A stretch of 61,673 nucleotides of DNA, filler included, from Alphaproteobacteria bacterium (lineage in GTDB: Bacteria; Pseudomonadota; Alphaproteobacteria; Caedimonadales; UBA9215), in assembly GCA_024280495.1 (NCBI GenBank). It is 11 parts of 11 records of this genome, joined end to end, with 100 filler letters (N's around TTAATTAATTAA, not from the genome) between each part and the next. Parts side by side here need not be neighbours in the genome. Positions count along the whole stretch, not along the records: positions 14,529 to 24,055 come from JAJRPZ010000078.1; positions 24,156 to 28,387 come from JAJRPZ010000079.1; positions 28,488 to 45,499 come from JAJRPZ010000080.1; 8 more parts are not named here. One strand, 5' to 3'. The translations under genes and the position numbers were made by a program. Shown one piece after another: positions 17,467 through 29,122 of this stretch. How positions within the stretch are numbered: the first letter of the stretch is position 1; each line of letters starts with the position of its first letter. Under the pieces are notes generated by a model that saw only the letters and a program-made list of their open reading frames with translations, had not been told where the DNA came from and did not search any database.

Positions 17467-20400
17467 ATGAAAATCTCACGGCATTTCACGACATTGGGCT
17501 CTTCCCCATATGACACGATATCCTTTCGAAAAGCAACTAGTGAGATTAAGAATCCCGATGGTTCAATTGTGTTTTCCTTGAAAGATTTTGATGTTCCTGA
17601 ATCATGGACCCAAGTTGCCTGCGATGTTATTGCACAAAAATATTTCCGCAAAGCAGGTGTACCAAAAGCCCTGAAAAAAGTTACTGAAAAAGGCATCCCT
17701 GACTGGATGTCGCGCCATGTTATGGATGAAAAAAAATCATCTGAAACGGGTTCTGAAATGTCTGCGAAACAAGTATTTAATCGCCTCGCAGGGACTTGGA
17801 CCTATTGGGGGTGGAAAGGTGAATATTTTTCATCGGAAGAAGATGCCAAAGCTTACTATGATGAAATGCGTTTTATGCTAGCAACCCAACGTGTTGCCCC
17901 AAATTCTCCACAATGGTTTAACACAGGTCTTCATTGGGGTTATGGCATTGATGGTCCAGGACAAGGGCACTATTATGCCGACCACAAAACTGGTGACCTC
18001 AAAAAATCAGCCTCTTCCTATGAACGCCCACAGCCCCATGCATGTTTTATCCAAAGTATTAAGGATGACCTGGTCAATGAAGGTGGCATCATGGACCTCT
18101 GGGTTCGAGAAGCACGGCTTTTTAAATATGGCTCTGGAACAGGAACGAACTTTTCAAATTTACGAGGGCGGGGAGAACCCCTTTCTGGTGGTGGTGAATC
18201 ATCTGGTATCATGAGCTTTTTATCCATTGGAGATCGAGCAGCTGGATCCATTAAATCAGGGGGAACGACAAGGCGTGCTGCAAAAATGGTCACCGTTGAC
18301 ATCGATCACCCAGATATCGAGGAATACATCAACTGGAAAGTACGCGAAGAACAAAAGGTTCTTTCCCTTGTGATTGGCTCTCAAACAGCCAAAAAAAACC
18401 TAGACCTCATTATGCAAGCTTGTCAGATGGGCACAACGGACGATCGTTTTAGTCCCAAAACAAATGAAAAACTCAAAGCTGCCCTAAAAAATGCAAGAAA
18501 AGACGGGGTTCCTGCAAACTACATGAACCGTATTATTCAAATTGCAAAACAAGGGTATACCTCCATTGCATTTGACACCTACAATACAGACTGGGATTCT
18601 GATGCCTACCTGACAGTTGCAGGGCAAAATTCCAATAACTCAGTTCGTATCACCAACGCATTTCTTGAAAAAGCAGAAAATGAAGAAAGCTGGGACCTTA
18701 TCCGCCGCACCGATGGATCCGTTCATAAAAGCATTAACGCGCGGGATCTTTGGGATCAAGTTTCTTATGCTGCTTGGGCTTGTGCGGACCCTGGAGTTCA
18801 ATTTGATACCACAATTAACGACTGGCATACCTGTGCCGAAGATGGTCGCATTAATGCCTCTAATCCTTGCTCTGAGTATATGTTTTTAGATGATACTGCC
18901 TGTAACCTCGCTTCTATCAACCTTGTGCAATATGCCGATTTAACATCAAAAACTAAGAATTTTGATATTGAGGCTTATAAACACACCATTAAACTTTGGA
19001 TGATAACCCTAGAAATTGCAGTCATGATGTGTCAGGCTCCCTCCAAAGAAATAATGGAAGGCACTTATAAGTACCGCACAACGGGCCTTGGTTACGCCAA
19101 TCTTGGTGGACTTTTGATGGGCCTCGGCATTCCCTATGACAGTGACGAAGGTCGTGCCATTGGTGGGGCGCTTGCTTCTATTATGACGGGACACACCTAT
19201 GCTATTTCAGCAGAAATGGCTGCGGAACAAGGAGCGTTCGAACGTTACGAAGTTAACAAAAAACATATGCTTCGTGTCATGAGGAACCATAAAAATGCAG
19301 CCTACGGCAATAAAGAGGGGTATGAAGACATTGGTAAATTACCAGTACCCTTAAATCATAAAGCCATTTCCATTGAGAGCCTTTCAACGGCAGCTAAAAC
19401 CGTTTGGGATGACGCTCTAAAATTGGGTAAAAAGCATGGTTATCGTAATGCCCAAACAACTGTTATTGCGCCAACGGGCACAATTGGTCTCGTTATGGAC
19501 TGTGATACCACAGGGGTTGAACCAGATTTTGCCTTGGTTAAGTTTAAAAAGCTTGCAGGGGGGGGATATTTTAAAATCATTAACCGCATGGTGCCAACTT
19601 CTTTATGTAAGCTTGGTTATTCTGATCCTCAAATCGAAGATATAATCAAGCATGCAACGGGTCATGGAACTCTTGATATTACAGGAAAACTAGCACCGAA
19701 ACTAAATTTCGAAGCCCTAAAATCAAAAGGGTTTAACACTAAGATTTTAGACTCCCTTGATTTCAAAAGTGCCTTTGATATTCGCTTTATTTTCAACAGA
19801 TGGTCTTTGGGTGAAAAGTTCTGCAAAGAGATTTTAAAAATCACTGAGACTCAATTATCCGATGACTCTTTTGACGTTTTGACCCACCTAGGTTTCAGCT
19901 CCAAAGACATTGACGAAGCCAATGCGTACTGTGCTGGAACCATGACCCTTGAAGGGGCTCCTCATCTCAAAGATGACCACCTGCCAGTTTTTGACTGCGC
20001 CACTCCTTGCGGTCGTACGGGCAAACGTTTCTTGTCCGCGGAATCTCACATTTTAATGATGGCGGCTGTACAACCCTTTGTCAGTGGGTCTATTTCAAAA
20101 ACCATCAATATGCCAAATTCTGCCACCGTCGAAGAATGCAAAGAAGCTTACATGATGTCGTGGAAACTGGGTCTCAAGTGCAATGCCCTTTATCGTGATG
20201 GTTCGAAATTATCACAGCCATTAAATTCTTCCGTATTATTTGATGAAGACGAAGATGCTGAGGAACAAGTGGAAAACTTCGCCTCTCAGGGAAAAGGGGC
20301 ACAAGCCGTAAAAGTCACTGAACGCATTGTAGAAAAAGTTATTGAGCGCATTATTCAAAAACCTGAACGTAAAAGACTTCCCAATCGTCGCAAAGGCTAT

Positions 20401-21183
20401 ACACAAAAAGCCGTTGTGGGAGGGCATAATATCTACCTTCGCACGGGTGAATTTGAAGACGGTCGCATAGGTGAAATTTTTGTTGATATGCATAAAGAAG
20501 GCGCTGCATTCCGAAGTTTGATGAACAACTTTGCCATGGCCATTTCCCTTGGCCTTCAATACGGCGTGCCGTTGGAAGAATATGTTGATGCCTTTTCCTT
20601 CACAAAGTTTGAACCAGCAGGTCTCGTCCAAGGAAACCAAGCCATTCGCATGGCAACTTCTATTTTGGATTACATTTTCCGCGAGCTTGCCATTTCCTAT
20701 CTTGGACGCACGGACCTTGCCCATGTAGATGCCGATAAACTCATGTCAGATACCGTTGGAGAAGGTCGAGCAGAAGGGCACTTAAATGCTCACCCTTCTA
20801 ATACCAACAGACTTTCAACCTCTGAATTTGCCATGCAAGCCATTGCTAATCCTTTTGCAAGTAGTGGATTTATCCGTAGCAACATTCATTTGCAACATAA
20901 TAAATCTGCCAATACAAACAAAGTTGAAAAAATTATCGTAAAAGAAGAAGTCCGTGCTGTCGCCAATGGGGGAGCAGTATTATCAACGGCAACCGCAACA
21001 ACAGAGTCATCATTTACTGAAACCTCTTATTCCAATGCTTCCGTAGAAAAAAATCGCCTAGCAGAAGCAAAGCTCAAAGGTTTTGAGGGCGACAGCTGTG
21101 GTGACTGTGGAAATTTCACCTTGGTTCGAAATGGAACCTGCATGAAATGCGTGACTTGTGGTAGCACAAGTGGTTGTTCATAA
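17467..21183 (+). CDS. nrdJ: Class II (adenosylcobalamin-dependent) ribonucleotide reductase
   Basis: [39 protein letters not shown] and ISKTINMP, followed by a TSCPD-like domain and a C-terminal CxxC...CxxC. Confidence 0.96.
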   Translation: MKISRHFTTLGSSPYDTISFRKATSEIKNPDGSIVFSLKDFDVPESWTQVACDVIAQKYFRKAGVPKALKKVTEKGIPDWMSRHVMDEKKSSETGSEMSAKQVFNRLAGTWTYWGWKGEYFSSEEDAKAYYDEMRFMLATQRVAPNSPQWFNTGLHWGYGIDGPGQGHYYADHKTGDLKKSASSYERPQPHACFIQSIKDDLVNEGGIMDLWVREARLFKYGSGTGTNFSNLRGRGEPLSGGGESSGIMSFLSIGDRAAGSIKSGGTTRRAAKMVTVDIDHPDIEEYINWKVREEQKVLSLVIGSQTAKKNLDLIMQACQMGTTDDRFSPKTNEKLKAALKNARKDGVPANYMNRIIQIAKQGYTSIAFDTYNTDWDSDAYLTVAGQNSNNSVRITNAFLEKAENEESWDLIRRTDGSVHKSINARDLWDQVSYAAWACADPGVQFDTTINDWHTCAEDGRINASNPCSEYMFLDDTACNLASINLVQYADLTSKTKNFDIEAYKHTIKLWMITLEIAVMMCQAPSKEIMEGTYKYRTTGLGYANLGGLLMGLGIPYDSDEGRAIGGALASIMTGHTYAISAEMAAEQGAFERYEVNKKHMLRVMRNHKNAAYGNKEGYEDIGKLPVPLNHKAISIESLSTAAKTVWDDALKLGKKHGYRNAQTTVIAPTGTIGLVMDCDTTGVEPDFALVKFKKLAGGGYFKIINRMVPTSLCKLGYSDPQIEDIIKHATGHGTLDITGKLAPKLNFEALKSKGFNTKILDSLDFKSAFDIRFIFNRWSLGEKFCKEILKITETQLSDDSFDVLTHLGFSSKDIDEANAYCAGTMTLEGAPHLKDDHLPVFDCATPCGRTGKRFLSAESHILMMAAVQPFVSGSISKTINMPNSATVEECKEAYMMSWKLGLKCNALYRDGSKLSQPLNSSVLFDEDEDAEEQVENFASQGKGAQAVKVTERIVEKVIERIIQKPERKRLPNRRKGYTQKAVVGGHNIYLRTGEFEDGRIGEIFVDMHKEGAAFRSLMNNFAMAISLGLQYGVPLEEYVDAFSFTKFEPAGLVQGNQAIRMATSILDYIFRELAISYLGRTDLAHVDADKLMSDTVGEGRAEGHLNAHPSNTNRLSTSEFAMQAIANPFASSGFIRSNIHLQHNKSANTNKVEKIIVKEEVRAVANGGAVLSTATATTESSFTETSYSNASVEKNRLAEAKLKGFEGDSCGDCGNFTLVRNGTCMKCVTCGSTSGCS

Positions 21184-21205
21184 TAGAGTCTCATCCCAAA
21201 CTACT

Positions 21206-21240
21206 AAAAAAAAGCCTCAGGTTCAAAACTGAGGCTTTTC
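21206..21240. terminator. Bidirectional intrinsic terminator between nrdJ and the ETF-QO gene
   Basis: AAAAAAAAGCCTCAG-GTTCAAAA-CTGAGGCTTTT. Confidence 0.8.
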
Positions 21241-21245
21241 TGTAA

Positions 21246-22886
21246 TCACATATTGGGATAATTAGGTCCCCCACCCCCTTGGGGGGGGACCCAGTCGATA
21301 TTTTGAGTCGGATCTTTAATATCACATGTTTTACAATGCACACAGTTCTGAGAATTAATTTTAAGGGACTTTTCACCAGACTTTGAATCTTCAAGAATTT
21401 CATAAACGCCAGCAGGGCAATACCGTGTTTCAGGGGAGTCATAAATTTTATTATTAATAGATAAAGCAACATCTGGATTTGAAAGAATCAAATGACAGGG
21501 TTGCCCTTCTGCGTGGTTGGTTGCTGAATAAAACACATTGGACAGACGATCAAAGGATATTTTACCATCTGCTTTCGGGTAATCAATCTTAGGGGCGTCT
21601 GCTGCTGGGACGAGGCTTTCATTATCCTTATGGTGGGATAATGTCCAGGGTGACTGACCACGAGTGATATAGGTTTCCAACGCCGCATTCAACATTCCTG
21701 GAATGAGCCCCCATCTAAAGCCTGGTCTGATATTACGAACTTTATAAAGCTCTTCACCAATCCAACTTTCTTTTATACGTTGATCAAGAGCCCCAATCTT
21801 AGGAGTTCCTTTCACTGACAAGGCATCAAAAACGATATCTGCTGCGATCATTCCTGATTTCATGGCAGTATGAGAGCCCTTTATTTTAGGGACATTCAAA
21901 AATCCAGCTGCACATCCAATAATGGAACCACCAGGAAAACTCACTCGGGGCATGGATTGATATCCGCCTTCATTGAGGGCTCTTGCGCCATAGGCAATAC
22001 GCTTTCCTCCCTTAAATAAAGGTTCCAATTTGGGATGATGCTTTAAACGTTGAAATTCATGGTAAGGGCTCATGTGAGGGTTCCAGTAATCAAGTCCCAC
22101 AACATACCCAACGGCAACTTGATTATTTTCCATATGATAAAAAAAGGACCCACCGTACGTTTTTTGATCCAGGGGCCATCCAATGGTATGAGTAACTTTA
22201 CCTTCTTGATGTTGTTCAGGGGATACTTCCCAAATTTCTTTAATCCCAATGCCGTATGTTTGAGGTTGATCTCCTTTAAGATCATATTTTTTAAAAATCT
22301 CTTTTGTCAAGGAACCCCGACAACCCTCGCCCAGCATAATATGCTTTGCAATAATTTGAACTCCAGGTTCATAAGCAGGAGTTTTATTAGCATTTTCATC
22401 CAAGCCCATGGGAACGGTTTCAACCCCGCAAACGGATCCATTTTTGTCAAATAAGCATTTAGCCACCGCAAAACCTGGATAAATTTCAACCCCCATGGAT
22501 TCTGCGTGCGTACCAAGCCAACGACAAAGGTTCCCAAGGCTAATAATATAATTTTTTGTATTATGCATTTGAGGAGGTGTTGGAAGGGCGTAAGATTTTT
22601 TTTTCGTTAAATAAAGAAATTCATCTTTTTCAACCTTTACCTTTAAAGGGGCATCAAGGTCCTTCCAATTAGGAAGCAATTCATCAAGGGCACGGGTCTC
22701 AAAAACATTTCCTGAAAGAACATGGGCACCAACCTCAGAGCCCTTTTCAAGAATACAAACAGAAATATCAGAATCGGCATCCTGGGCTAATTGTTTAAGG
22801 CGAATGGCCGCAGAAAGACTGGCTGGTCCCGCCCCTACAATTACCACATCAAAGTGAAGTTGATCTTCAGAAGCAGTATCCGTCAT
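21246..22886 (-). CDS. Electron transfer flavoprotein-ubiquinone oxidoreductase
   Basis: DVVIVGAGPA FAD motif, EKGSEVGAHVLSG, YGARALNEGG, and the Fe-S motif CPAGVYE...NCVHCKTCDIKDP. Confidence 0.96.
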   Translation of the reverse strand: MTDTASEDQLHFDVVIVGAGPASLSAAIRLKQLAQDADSDISVCILEKGSEVGAHVLSGNVFETRALDELLPNWKDLDAPLKVKVEKDEFLYLTKKKSYALPTPPQMHNTKNYIISLGNLCRWLGTHAESMGVEIYPGFAVAKCLFDKNGSVCGVETVPMGLDENANKTPAYEPGVQIIAKHIMLGEGCRGSLTKEIFKKYDLKGDQPQTYGIGIKEIWEVSPEQHQEGKVTHTIGWPLDQKTYGGSFFYHMENNQVAVGYVVGLDYWNPHMSPYHEFQRLKHHPKLEPLFKGGKRIAYGARALNEGGYQSMPRVSFPGGSIIGCAAGFLNVPKIKGSHTAMKSGMIAADIVFDALSVKGTPKIGALDQRIKESWIGEELYKVRNIRPGFRWGLIPGMLNAALETYITRGQSPWTLSHHKDNESLVPAADAPKIDYPKADGKISFDRLSNVFYSATNHAEGQPCHLILSNPDVALSINNKIYDSPETRYCPAGVYEILEDSKSGEKSLKINSQNCVHCKTCDIKDPTQNIDWVPPQGGGGPNYPNM

Positions 22887-22950
22887 TTATGAATCCATTT
22901 TTTAAATTTAACACTGGATTCTCTCATCAAAAAAGAAAGAAAGCAACTCA

Positions 22951-22997
22951 GGAGTGACTGATTAATGAGGGCTATGATGTTTTTTGGAATGAGTAAA
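22951..22997. repeat. Degenerate half copy of the family A element
   Basis: GGAGTGACTGA...GATGTTTTTTGGAATGAGTA resembles the reverse complement of the family A left arm (GGAGTGATCGA...GATGTTTTTGGAATGACTCTA). Confidence 0.45.
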
Positions 22998-23010
22998 AGT
23001 TACAGAAACG

Positions 23011-23086
23011 TGGTATCCCCAAGGGGATTCGAACCCCTGTTGTCGCCTTGAGAAGGCGAAGTCCTAGGCCTCTAGACGATGGGGAC
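23011..23086 (-). tRNA. tRNA-Glu (anticodon CTC)
   Basis: GTCCCCATCGTCTAGAGGCCTAGGACTTCGCCTTCTCAAGGCGACAACAGGGGTTCGAATCCCCTTGGGGATACCA, a 76-nt cloverleaf with encoded CCA. Confidence 0.95.
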
Positions 23087-23163
23087 TAAAAGCACGATAT
23101 ATATTATATGTACCCCAAGCCCCCAAAGGAGGCAAGGCGAAAAAAAATATCAGGCTTATTTTT

Positions 23164-24054
23164 TTATTTTTTCTCAGCAGAAAGCCCAACACCAGATGTT
23201 GTGGAATATTCAAAGTGAAAAACTTCATGGGGATAAACCAATTGGCGGGCCTTATGGGCTGCTTTTGCCGCCTCTGAAAAACCACATAAAATAAGTTTCA
23301 ATTTATTGTTATATGTTGCAACATCACCAACGGCAAAAATACCTTCTTCATTGGTAGAGGACGTTGTTGGGTCAACGCTAATATGGCTTTTATCAAGACT
23401 CAATCCCCATTCTGCAATGGGACCAAGGTTCATGGATAGGCCAAAAAAGGGTAATAAATAATCAGCTTCAAGGTTACGACTGTTACCATCAAGATCTTTT
23501 ACAATAACGGATTCTAACTGACCATTGGTTCCCTTGAGAGCGTCCAATTGATAGGGAGTAACCAGCTCAATTTTTCCAGAATCATGAAGAGCATGAAGTT
23601 TTCCAACGCTGTCAGGGGCTGCACGGAATTTATCACGACGGTGAACCACATACACTTTTTTCGCTACTTGAGCCAAAGAAAGTGCCCAATCAACGGCAGA
23701 ATCTCCGCCTCCAGCAATGACAATATTTTTATCTTGATAGGTATCTTTCCAGCGCACAAAATAATGAACGGACTTTTCTTCAAAATTTTCAATATTTTCT
23801 AAAGGGGGTTTATTAGGACCAAAGGCACCAACTCCCGCCGCGATAATGATAATTTTTGCATTAACCTCAACCCCTTTATGGGTTCTAACATGCCAGCAGC
23901 ACCCATCAATGGGCGACTCAATTTTACGCAAAATTTCGACTTTATCCCCTAAATGATACACTGGATCAAAAGGAGCTGCTTGCTTTTCAAGGTTTTTTAT
24001 AAGGTCCCCAGCGGAAATACTAGGAAAAGCAGGAATGTCATAAATTGGTTTCTC
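23164..24054 (-). CDS. Thioredoxin-reductase-type ferredoxin-NADP(+) reductase, N-terminus missing
   Basis: EKPIYDIPAFP, AAGVGAFGP, GGGDSAVDWAL and GIFAVGDVATYNNKLKLILCGFSEA; no CxxC. Confidence 0.88.
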   Translation of the reverse strand, partial: EKPIYDIPAFPSISAGDLIKNLEKQAAPFDPVYHLGDKVEILRKIESPIDGCCWHVRTHKGVEVNAKIIIIAAGVGAFGPNKPPLENIENFEEKSVHYFVRWKDTYQDKNIVIAGGGDSAVDWALSLAQVAKKVYVVHRRDKFRAAPDSVGKLHALHDSGKIELVTPYQLDALKGTNGQLESVIVKDLDGNSRNLEADYLLPFFGLSMNLGPIAEWGLSLDKSHISVDPTTSSTNEEGIFAVGDVATYNNKLKLILCGFSEAAKAAHKARQLVYPHEVFHFEYSTTSGVGLSAEKK

Positions 24055-24055
24055 A

Positions 24056-24155
24056 NNNNNNNNNNNNNNNNNNNNNNNNNNNNNNNNNNNNNNNNNNNNT
24101 TAATTAATTAANNNNNNNNNNNNNNNNNNNNNNNNNNNNNNNNNNNNNNNNNNNN
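24056..24155. other. Artificial contig spacer
   Basis: N44-TTAATTAATTAA-N44. Confidence 0.99.
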
Positions 24156-24157
24156 CC

Positions 24158-24808
24158 CTTGGCGCAGTCCTAGTTTATTTTTATAAAGATGTATGGTCAA
24201 TGCTCACAGGTTTTCTCCAACTTTTGCGCGGTAAAATCACAAAAGGCGGTCAGCTGTTTCTTTTATTGTGTGTCGGGACAGTTCCAGCCGTTATTTTTGG
24301 CTTTATGCTTAAAAAATATGGCATGGCACATTTTAGGTCCGTTTCTATCATTGGTTGGACCATGCTTGGTTATGCCGTTTTAATGCATATTGCCGATAAA
24401 TTCGCACCAGAAGGAAAAGGGATGGGAAACGTGACAGCACCAAAGGCATTTTGGATTGGTGTAGCTCAAGCATTGGCCTTAATTCCAGGAACAAGCCGTT
24501 CAGGTGTCTGCATGACCATGATGCGTTTTCTTGGGTTCAATCGCCCCGATGCCGCGAAGTTTAGTTTTTTGCTCGCTATTCCAGCCATCACAGCGGCGGC
24601 AAGTCTGTCTATTTATGATGCCGTTAAAATAGGTGCTTTCTCGGGAGTATTTAAGATTGCCAGTCTTGCCGCATTTATTGCTTTTTTGGCGGGTATCGTG
24701 GCTATTAATTTTATGTTAAAATGGCTTAAAACTGGTGATTTTACACCTTTTGTTGTTTATCGCCTTGGGCTTGGTGGGTTTTTACTCTATTGGGCTTACT
24801 ATTTGTAG
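24158..24808 (+). CDS. uppP: Undecaprenyl-diphosphate phosphatase, N-terminus missing
   Basis: IGVAQALALIPGTSRSG, AAKFSFLLAIP and FVVYRL. Confidence 0.93.
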   Translation, partial: LGAVLVYFYKDVWSMLTGFLQLLRGKITKGGQLFLLLCVGTVPAVIFGFMLKKYGMAHFRSVSIIGWTMLGYAVLMHIADKFAPEGKGMGNVTAPKAFWIGVAQALALIPGTSRSGVCMTMMRFLGFNRPDAAKFSFLLAIPAITAAASLSIYDAVKIGAFSGVFKIASLAAFIAFLAGIVAINFMLKWLKTGDFTPFVVYRLGLGGFLLYWAYYL

Positions 24809-24906
24809 ATTAAAGAAAGTCGGGTCGTTTTACCGATTTTCCTTGCGGTTTTATGAAAAGTCGGTTAAACAAAAGACATGTATTTTAAAGATAAAGGTTT
24901 TGTCAT

Positions 24907-25092
24907 ATGGCTGTTCCAAAGAAAAAGACGTCCAAATCCAAACGTAATATGCGTCGCTCTCACCACGCACTTTCTTCCGTAAAAAGCATGGAATGCACCG
25001 CTTGTGGTGAACGCAAACTCGCACATCATATTTGTTCGAAATGTGGTGACTACAAAGGTCGTATTGTTATTGATATTGATACAAAAATTTAA
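24907..25092 (+). CDS. rpmF: 50S ribosomal protein L32
   Basis: [19 protein letters not shown] with a CxxC...CxxC zinc ribbon; upstream of plsX. Confidence 0.97.
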   Translation: MAVPKKKTSKSKRNMRRSHHALSSVKSMECTACGERKLAHHICSKCGDYKGRIVIDIDTKI

Positions 25093-25103
25093 TTTTTGTA
25101 TCC

Positions 25104-25221
25104 TATAGTCGTTCTAAAAATATTTCAGATGTCGTCAATCACTTACGTGCCTATAACTTATAGGTACTGATTTTTCACTCCTAGACTGGAATTAGACTGG
25201 AATATTTTTGCAATAACTATA
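25104..25221. repeat. Palindromic MITE-like element, family A (107 bp plus an 11-bp internal duplication)
   Basis: TATAGTCGTTCTAAAAATATTTCAGATGTCGTCAATCACT...GCCTATAACTTATAGGT...CTCCTAGACTGGAAT(TAGACTGGAAT)ATTTTTGCAATAACTATA, colinear with 44057-44163. Confidence 0.85.
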
Positions 25222-25280
25222 TAAAACGTCCTTATGAAATTCTTTTTCAAAAAGCGTTCATTAATAGTTAGGATTATATA

Positions 25281-26333
25281 GTGTCAGTTATAATAGCGAT
25301 CGATGCAATGGGAGGAGATAAGGCCCCCTTTGTTACCATTGAGGGTATTGCACTTGCCCTAAAAAAACACCCTTCCGTTAAATTCAAAGTTTTTGGTTTA
25401 TCTGAATCCGTGCCAGAAGAATTGGAAAAACACAATCTTTCTGGTCATGAAAACATTGAATTTATCCCCTGTTCCGAAGTAGTTAAAGGTAATACTGAAC
25501 CACGTTTGGCCATCAGGAAATTCAAAGATTCTAGCATGCGCCGTGCCATTGAAGCAGTCTCCCGTAAAGAAGCGGATGCTGTTGTGTCTGCTGGAAACAC
25601 AGGGGCCTATATGGTGCTCTCAAAATTGATTTTAAAAACCATCCCTGGTTTGCAACGGGCTGCTATATCAACCCTTTTACCCACAAAAAATGGCAAGGGC
25701 GTCGTTATGCTTGATTTGGGCGGAAATGTTGACGTGCCTGCCGAAGTCCTTGTACAATTTTGTATTATGGGGCAAGCTTTTGCGAAGGGTGTTCAAGGAA
25801 ATAAAAACCCAACTGTTGCACTTTTGAATATTGGATCCGAAGAACTCAAGGGAACTGCAAGTCTTAAAGAAGCACAGCAAATGATTCAGACCACCAATGC
25901 GGTCTCTAATTATAAGGGATTTGTTGAGGGAGATGATATTTTTGAAGAAAAAGTGGATGTTATTGTAACCGATGGATTTACGGGAAATATTGCTTTAAAA
26001 ACCATTGAAGGGACCGTTCGCTTTTTTTCAGGTATTATGAAAGAAGAACTTAAGCGTTCCTGGATAACAAAAATCGGGGCTTTAATTTCAAAGCCTGCTT
26101 TTATGGGGTTGAAAAAACGCCTTGACCCTCGGCGTTACAATGGAGCTCAATTTCTTGGTCTTCAAGGTATTTCCGTTAAAAGTCATGGCGGAACCGATGG
26201 GTTTGGTTTTTCTCACGCCCTTGGTGTTGCCATTGATTTGGCTGAAAATAACGTAAATGCCAGCCTTGAACGTGAGCTTGAAGCCTTGCAAGAAAAACTT
26301 ATTATTGCTGAAAGTAGCGCGGGCTTAGAATAA
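25281..26333 (+). CDS. plsX: Phosphate acyltransferase PlsX
   Basis: IAIDAMGGD, SAGNTGA, LLNIGSEELKG, VTDGFTGNIALK and KSHG. Confidence 0.96.
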   Translation: MSVIIAIDAMGGDKAPFVTIEGIALALKKHPSVKFKVFGLSESVPEELEKHNLSGHENIEFIPCSEVVKGNTEPRLAIRKFKDSSMRRAIEAVSRKEADAVVSAGNTGAYMVLSKLILKTIPGLQRAAISTLLPTKNGKGVVMLDLGGNVDVPAEVLVQFCIMGQAFAKGVQGNKNPTVALLNIGSEELKGTASLKEAQQMIQTTNAVSNYKGFVEGDDIFEEKVDVIVTDGFTGNIALKTIEGTVRFFSGIMKEELKRSWITKIGALISKPAFMGLKKRLDPRRYNGAQFLGLQGISVKSHGGTDGFGFSHALGVAIDLAENNVNASLERELEALQEKLIIAESSAGLE

Positions 26334-26402
26334 TACCTTTTCTAAGATGCCGTTTTTTATTTTCATCTCTATTCTATTAATTGTAAAAAAGGATCCGTTT
26401 TT

Positions 26403-27380
26403 ATGACTTCTTTGAAATCAGTTATCATCGGCACTGGAAGCTACCTACCAGAAAACATTGTAACCAATGAAAAACTAGCGGAAACCGTTGATACTTCCCA
26501 TGATTGGATAGTGGAACGCACAGGGATTCATCAGCGTCATTTTGTAACTGAGGGTCAAACAACATCTGACCTTGCCGCAGAGGCTGCAAAAGAAGCTATG
26601 GAAATAGCCAATTTAAAACCAAATGATATTGATTTGATCATTGTCGCAACGGCAAGCCCAGACTATACATTCCCCTCATGCGCAACGCGCGTTCAACACA
26701 AAATTGGGAATACAAACGGTTTGGCTTTTGATGTTGCAGGTGCCTGTGCTGGTTACTTAGTGGCCTTAAATGTTGCCGATAGTTTTTTGCGTTTGAAAAA
26801 AGCTAAACGCGCCCTTGTCATTGGTTCCGAGGTTTTTTCCAAACTTTTGGATATGAGTGACCGCTCTACTTGTGTTTTATTTGGTGATGGTGCAGGAGCA
26901 GTGATTCTTGAAGCGCAAGACGATAGTCAAAACCCCAATGGTCGAGGGTTGATCGGAGTGGACATGCAATCCGATGGCTCTACTTTTAATATCTTACATG
27001 CCGATGGCGGTCCTTCTACCACGGGAAAAACAGGTAAAATCCGTATGGTTGGTAAAGAAGTTTTCAAGCATGCAGTGACGAAACTTACAGCTTCTGCAGA
27101 ATCCACATTGAAAAAATATAACGTATCCCCTGAAGATCTAGATTGGCTCATTCCCCATCAAGCCAATATACGCATCATTGAAGGCATGCGACGCAAGCTC
27201 AAACTGGATGAGGACAAGGTTATTGTGACCGTGCCCAAACATGCCAATACTTCGGCTGCTTCTATCCCATTGGCACTCCATGATGCCGTGATGGCAGGAA
27301 AAATAAAAAAAGGCGATCTTATTTTGCATGAGGCCATTGGTGGTGGTCTTATCTGGGGCTCTGCGCTTTTAAGGTTTTAG
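26403..27380 (+). CDS. fabH: Beta-ketoacyl-ACP synthase III
   Basis: GACAG (catalytic Cys), [22 protein letters not shown] and ANTSAASIP. Confidence 0.96.
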   Translation: MTSLKSVIIGTGSYLPENIVTNEKLAETVDTSHDWIVERTGIHQRHFVTEGQTTSDLAAEAAKEAMEIANLKPNDIDLIIVATASPDYTFPSCATRVQHKIGNTNGLAFDVAGACAGYLVALNVADSFLRLKKAKRALVIGSEVFSKLLDMSDRSTCVLFGDGAGAVILEAQDDSQNPNGRGLIGVDMQSDGSTFNILHADGGPSTTGKTGKIRMVGKEVFKHAVTKLTASAESTLKKYNVSPEDLDWLIPHQANIRIIEGMRRKLKLDEDKVIVTVPKHANTSAASIPLALHDAVMAGKIKKGDLILHEAIGGGLIWGSALLRF

Positions 27381-27390
27381 GGTAGGAATT

Positions 27391-27729
27391 ATGACATTTA
27401 TCGTTACGGATAATTGCATCAAGTGTAAATACGGTGATTGCATTGATGTGTGTCCCGTGGATTGTTTTCACGAAGGTGAGAACATGGTTGTCATTGACCC
27501 AGAAGTTTGTATTGATTGTGGTGTTTGTGTTCCTGAATGCCCCGTGGATGCTATCGAGCCAGATACTATAGAGGGAGCGGAAGACTGGGTGGTTCTTAAC
27601 CAAAAATATGCAAAAGTTTGGCCCAATGTGACAGAAAACTTTCCAGCCTTGCCCGATGCTGATGATTTTGATGGCGTTAAAAATAAGCTCAAAACTCATT
27701 TTTCAGAAAAACCTGGAAAAGGCTCCTGA
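27391..27729 (+). CDS. fdxA: FdxA-type dicluster ferredoxin
   Basis: [18 protein letters not shown] and [12 protein letters not shown]. Confidence 0.92.
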   Translation: MTFIVTDNCIKCKYGDCIDVCPVDCFHEGENMVVIDPEVCIDCGVCVPECPVDAIEPDTIEGAEDWVVLNQKYAKVWPNVTENFPALPDADDFDGVKNKLKTHFSEKPGKGS

Positions 27730-27759
27730 GGAATAACAAAGTATTAGTAGCTTTTTATT

Positions 27760-28387
27760 GGCTCTCCCTCAATTAATGTGGACTTGCTGAAATGCCTCGA
27801 GGCTACTACTATCGGGGTATTATAACATTTTGGCCCCTCTATTTATGCACTCATTTTTAACAGATTTGTTAGGTTTTCAACACATAGAAATGACTGGTTA
27901 CGAGATCAAAGATCATGAAATTTACATTAATGTCACGAGCACATTGGAAGATGTCCTTTGCCGTAATTGTGGTGAGGAAACCAAGTCAAAAGGATACGCT
28001 GAAGAACGTGAAATTCGCCATTTATCCATGAATGGTAAGGCGTGTTATTTGCTCATCAAAGCGAAAAGAGGCATCTGCGAAAAATGCGATGATCACCCCA
28101 CGACGAATCAGCGCTTGGATTGGTACGATTATAAAAGCCGTTACACAAAAGCTTACCTGAAACACCTCCTTTTATCTTTGGTCAATAGCACCTTGGAAGA
28201 TGTTGCGACCAAAGAAAATATTAGTGCTGATACACTGGAGCGGGCTCTTCAAAATATGGTTTCGGAAAAGGTGGATTGGGCACGTCTTAAGACCTTGGAT
28301 TTGATTGGCATTGATGAGATTTCTGTCAAGAAGGGTTACAAGAATTATCTGACAATCATCACGAATAAGTCCTCCCAAAAAGTGCAC
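27760..28387 (+). mobile_element. ISL3-family insertion sequence, left end with transposase N-terminus (ATG 27845; cut by the contig end)
   Basis: Terminal GGCTCT at 27760; zinc finger CRNCG...CEKC; the DDE start IGIDEISVKKG. Confidence 0.88.
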
Positions 28388-28487
28388 NNNNNNNNNNNNN
28401 NNNNNNNNNNNNNNNNNNNNNNNNNNNNNNNTTAATTAATTAANNNNNNNNNNNNNNNNNNNNNNNNNNNNNNNNNNNNNNNNNNNN
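28388..28487. other. Artificial contig spacer
   Basis: N44-TTAATTAATTAA-N44. Confidence 0.99.
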
Positions 28488-29102
28488 GGTATTTATGCAG
28501 CACGTCACAATAAACTTCCTTGCCCAGCAACATTAAAAACATCTGGAATTTCTGGGTTATGCAGCATATCAACACCCAGCTCAGGCATGGGATACATCCC
28601 TTTTAAAACATTGGGGTTACCAGAAAAAATGACCTTAGATGGCTATGGGCACCCCCTACGATATGCCATTGATGTTAACCTGGGAAATGATCCCTATAAT
28701 TCTAACAACCCCAGCCCCAGTACATTACATATTGAAGCAATAGATGGCAGACCTCTCCTTGATCCTAATAGTAAAAGTGATACCTTGGCCCTCGTTATTT
28801 TTTCCGAGGGGACGGCTTTTGCAAAGGAACAAAGCATCTCCGAACAAAAAAATACTGCCCCAACCCTAGATTTCATCGATGCGCCATTCTCACTGCAAAA
28901 GAAAACACCCTTTCGCCATATTGTATCCTGGAGTACCTTTTCACATCTTGTTGTAATGCACGGCAAAGGCACCCTATCCCAAAGCATTCCCCCCACAACA
29001 GTTGATGATAATTCACCAATATCAACATCTTCAAAATGCACCATCACCCCCTCTTCATTTGGTAATACTTCTATCTTTGATAATAATAACCCTGATTTTT
29101 AA
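28488..29102 (+). CDS. Pilin/pseudopilin-like protein, N-terminus missing
   Basis: In frame from the contig start: YAARHNKLPCPA...GYIPFKTLGL...DGYGHPLRYAI, a pattern of prepilin-type proteins. Confidence 0.6.
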   Translation, partial: GIYAARHNKLPCPATLKTSGISGLCSISTPSSGMGYIPFKTLGLPEKMTLDGYGHPLRYAIDVNLGNDPYNSNNPSPSTLHIEAIDGRPLLDPNSKSDTLALVIFSEGTAFAKEQSISEQKNTAPTLDFIDAPFSLQKKTPFRHIVSWSTFSHLVVMHGKGTLSQSIPPTTVDDNSPISTSSKCTITPSSFGNTSIFDNNNPDF

Positions 29103-29122
29103 AAAACACCTCAAATGGAACC

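Noticed and set aside
20236..20724. Long antisense or alternative-frame ORFs (also 36930-37469, 45802-46242, 60776-61195)
   Set aside because: They are shadows of well-supported genes on the other strand, with no motifs or RBS of their own.
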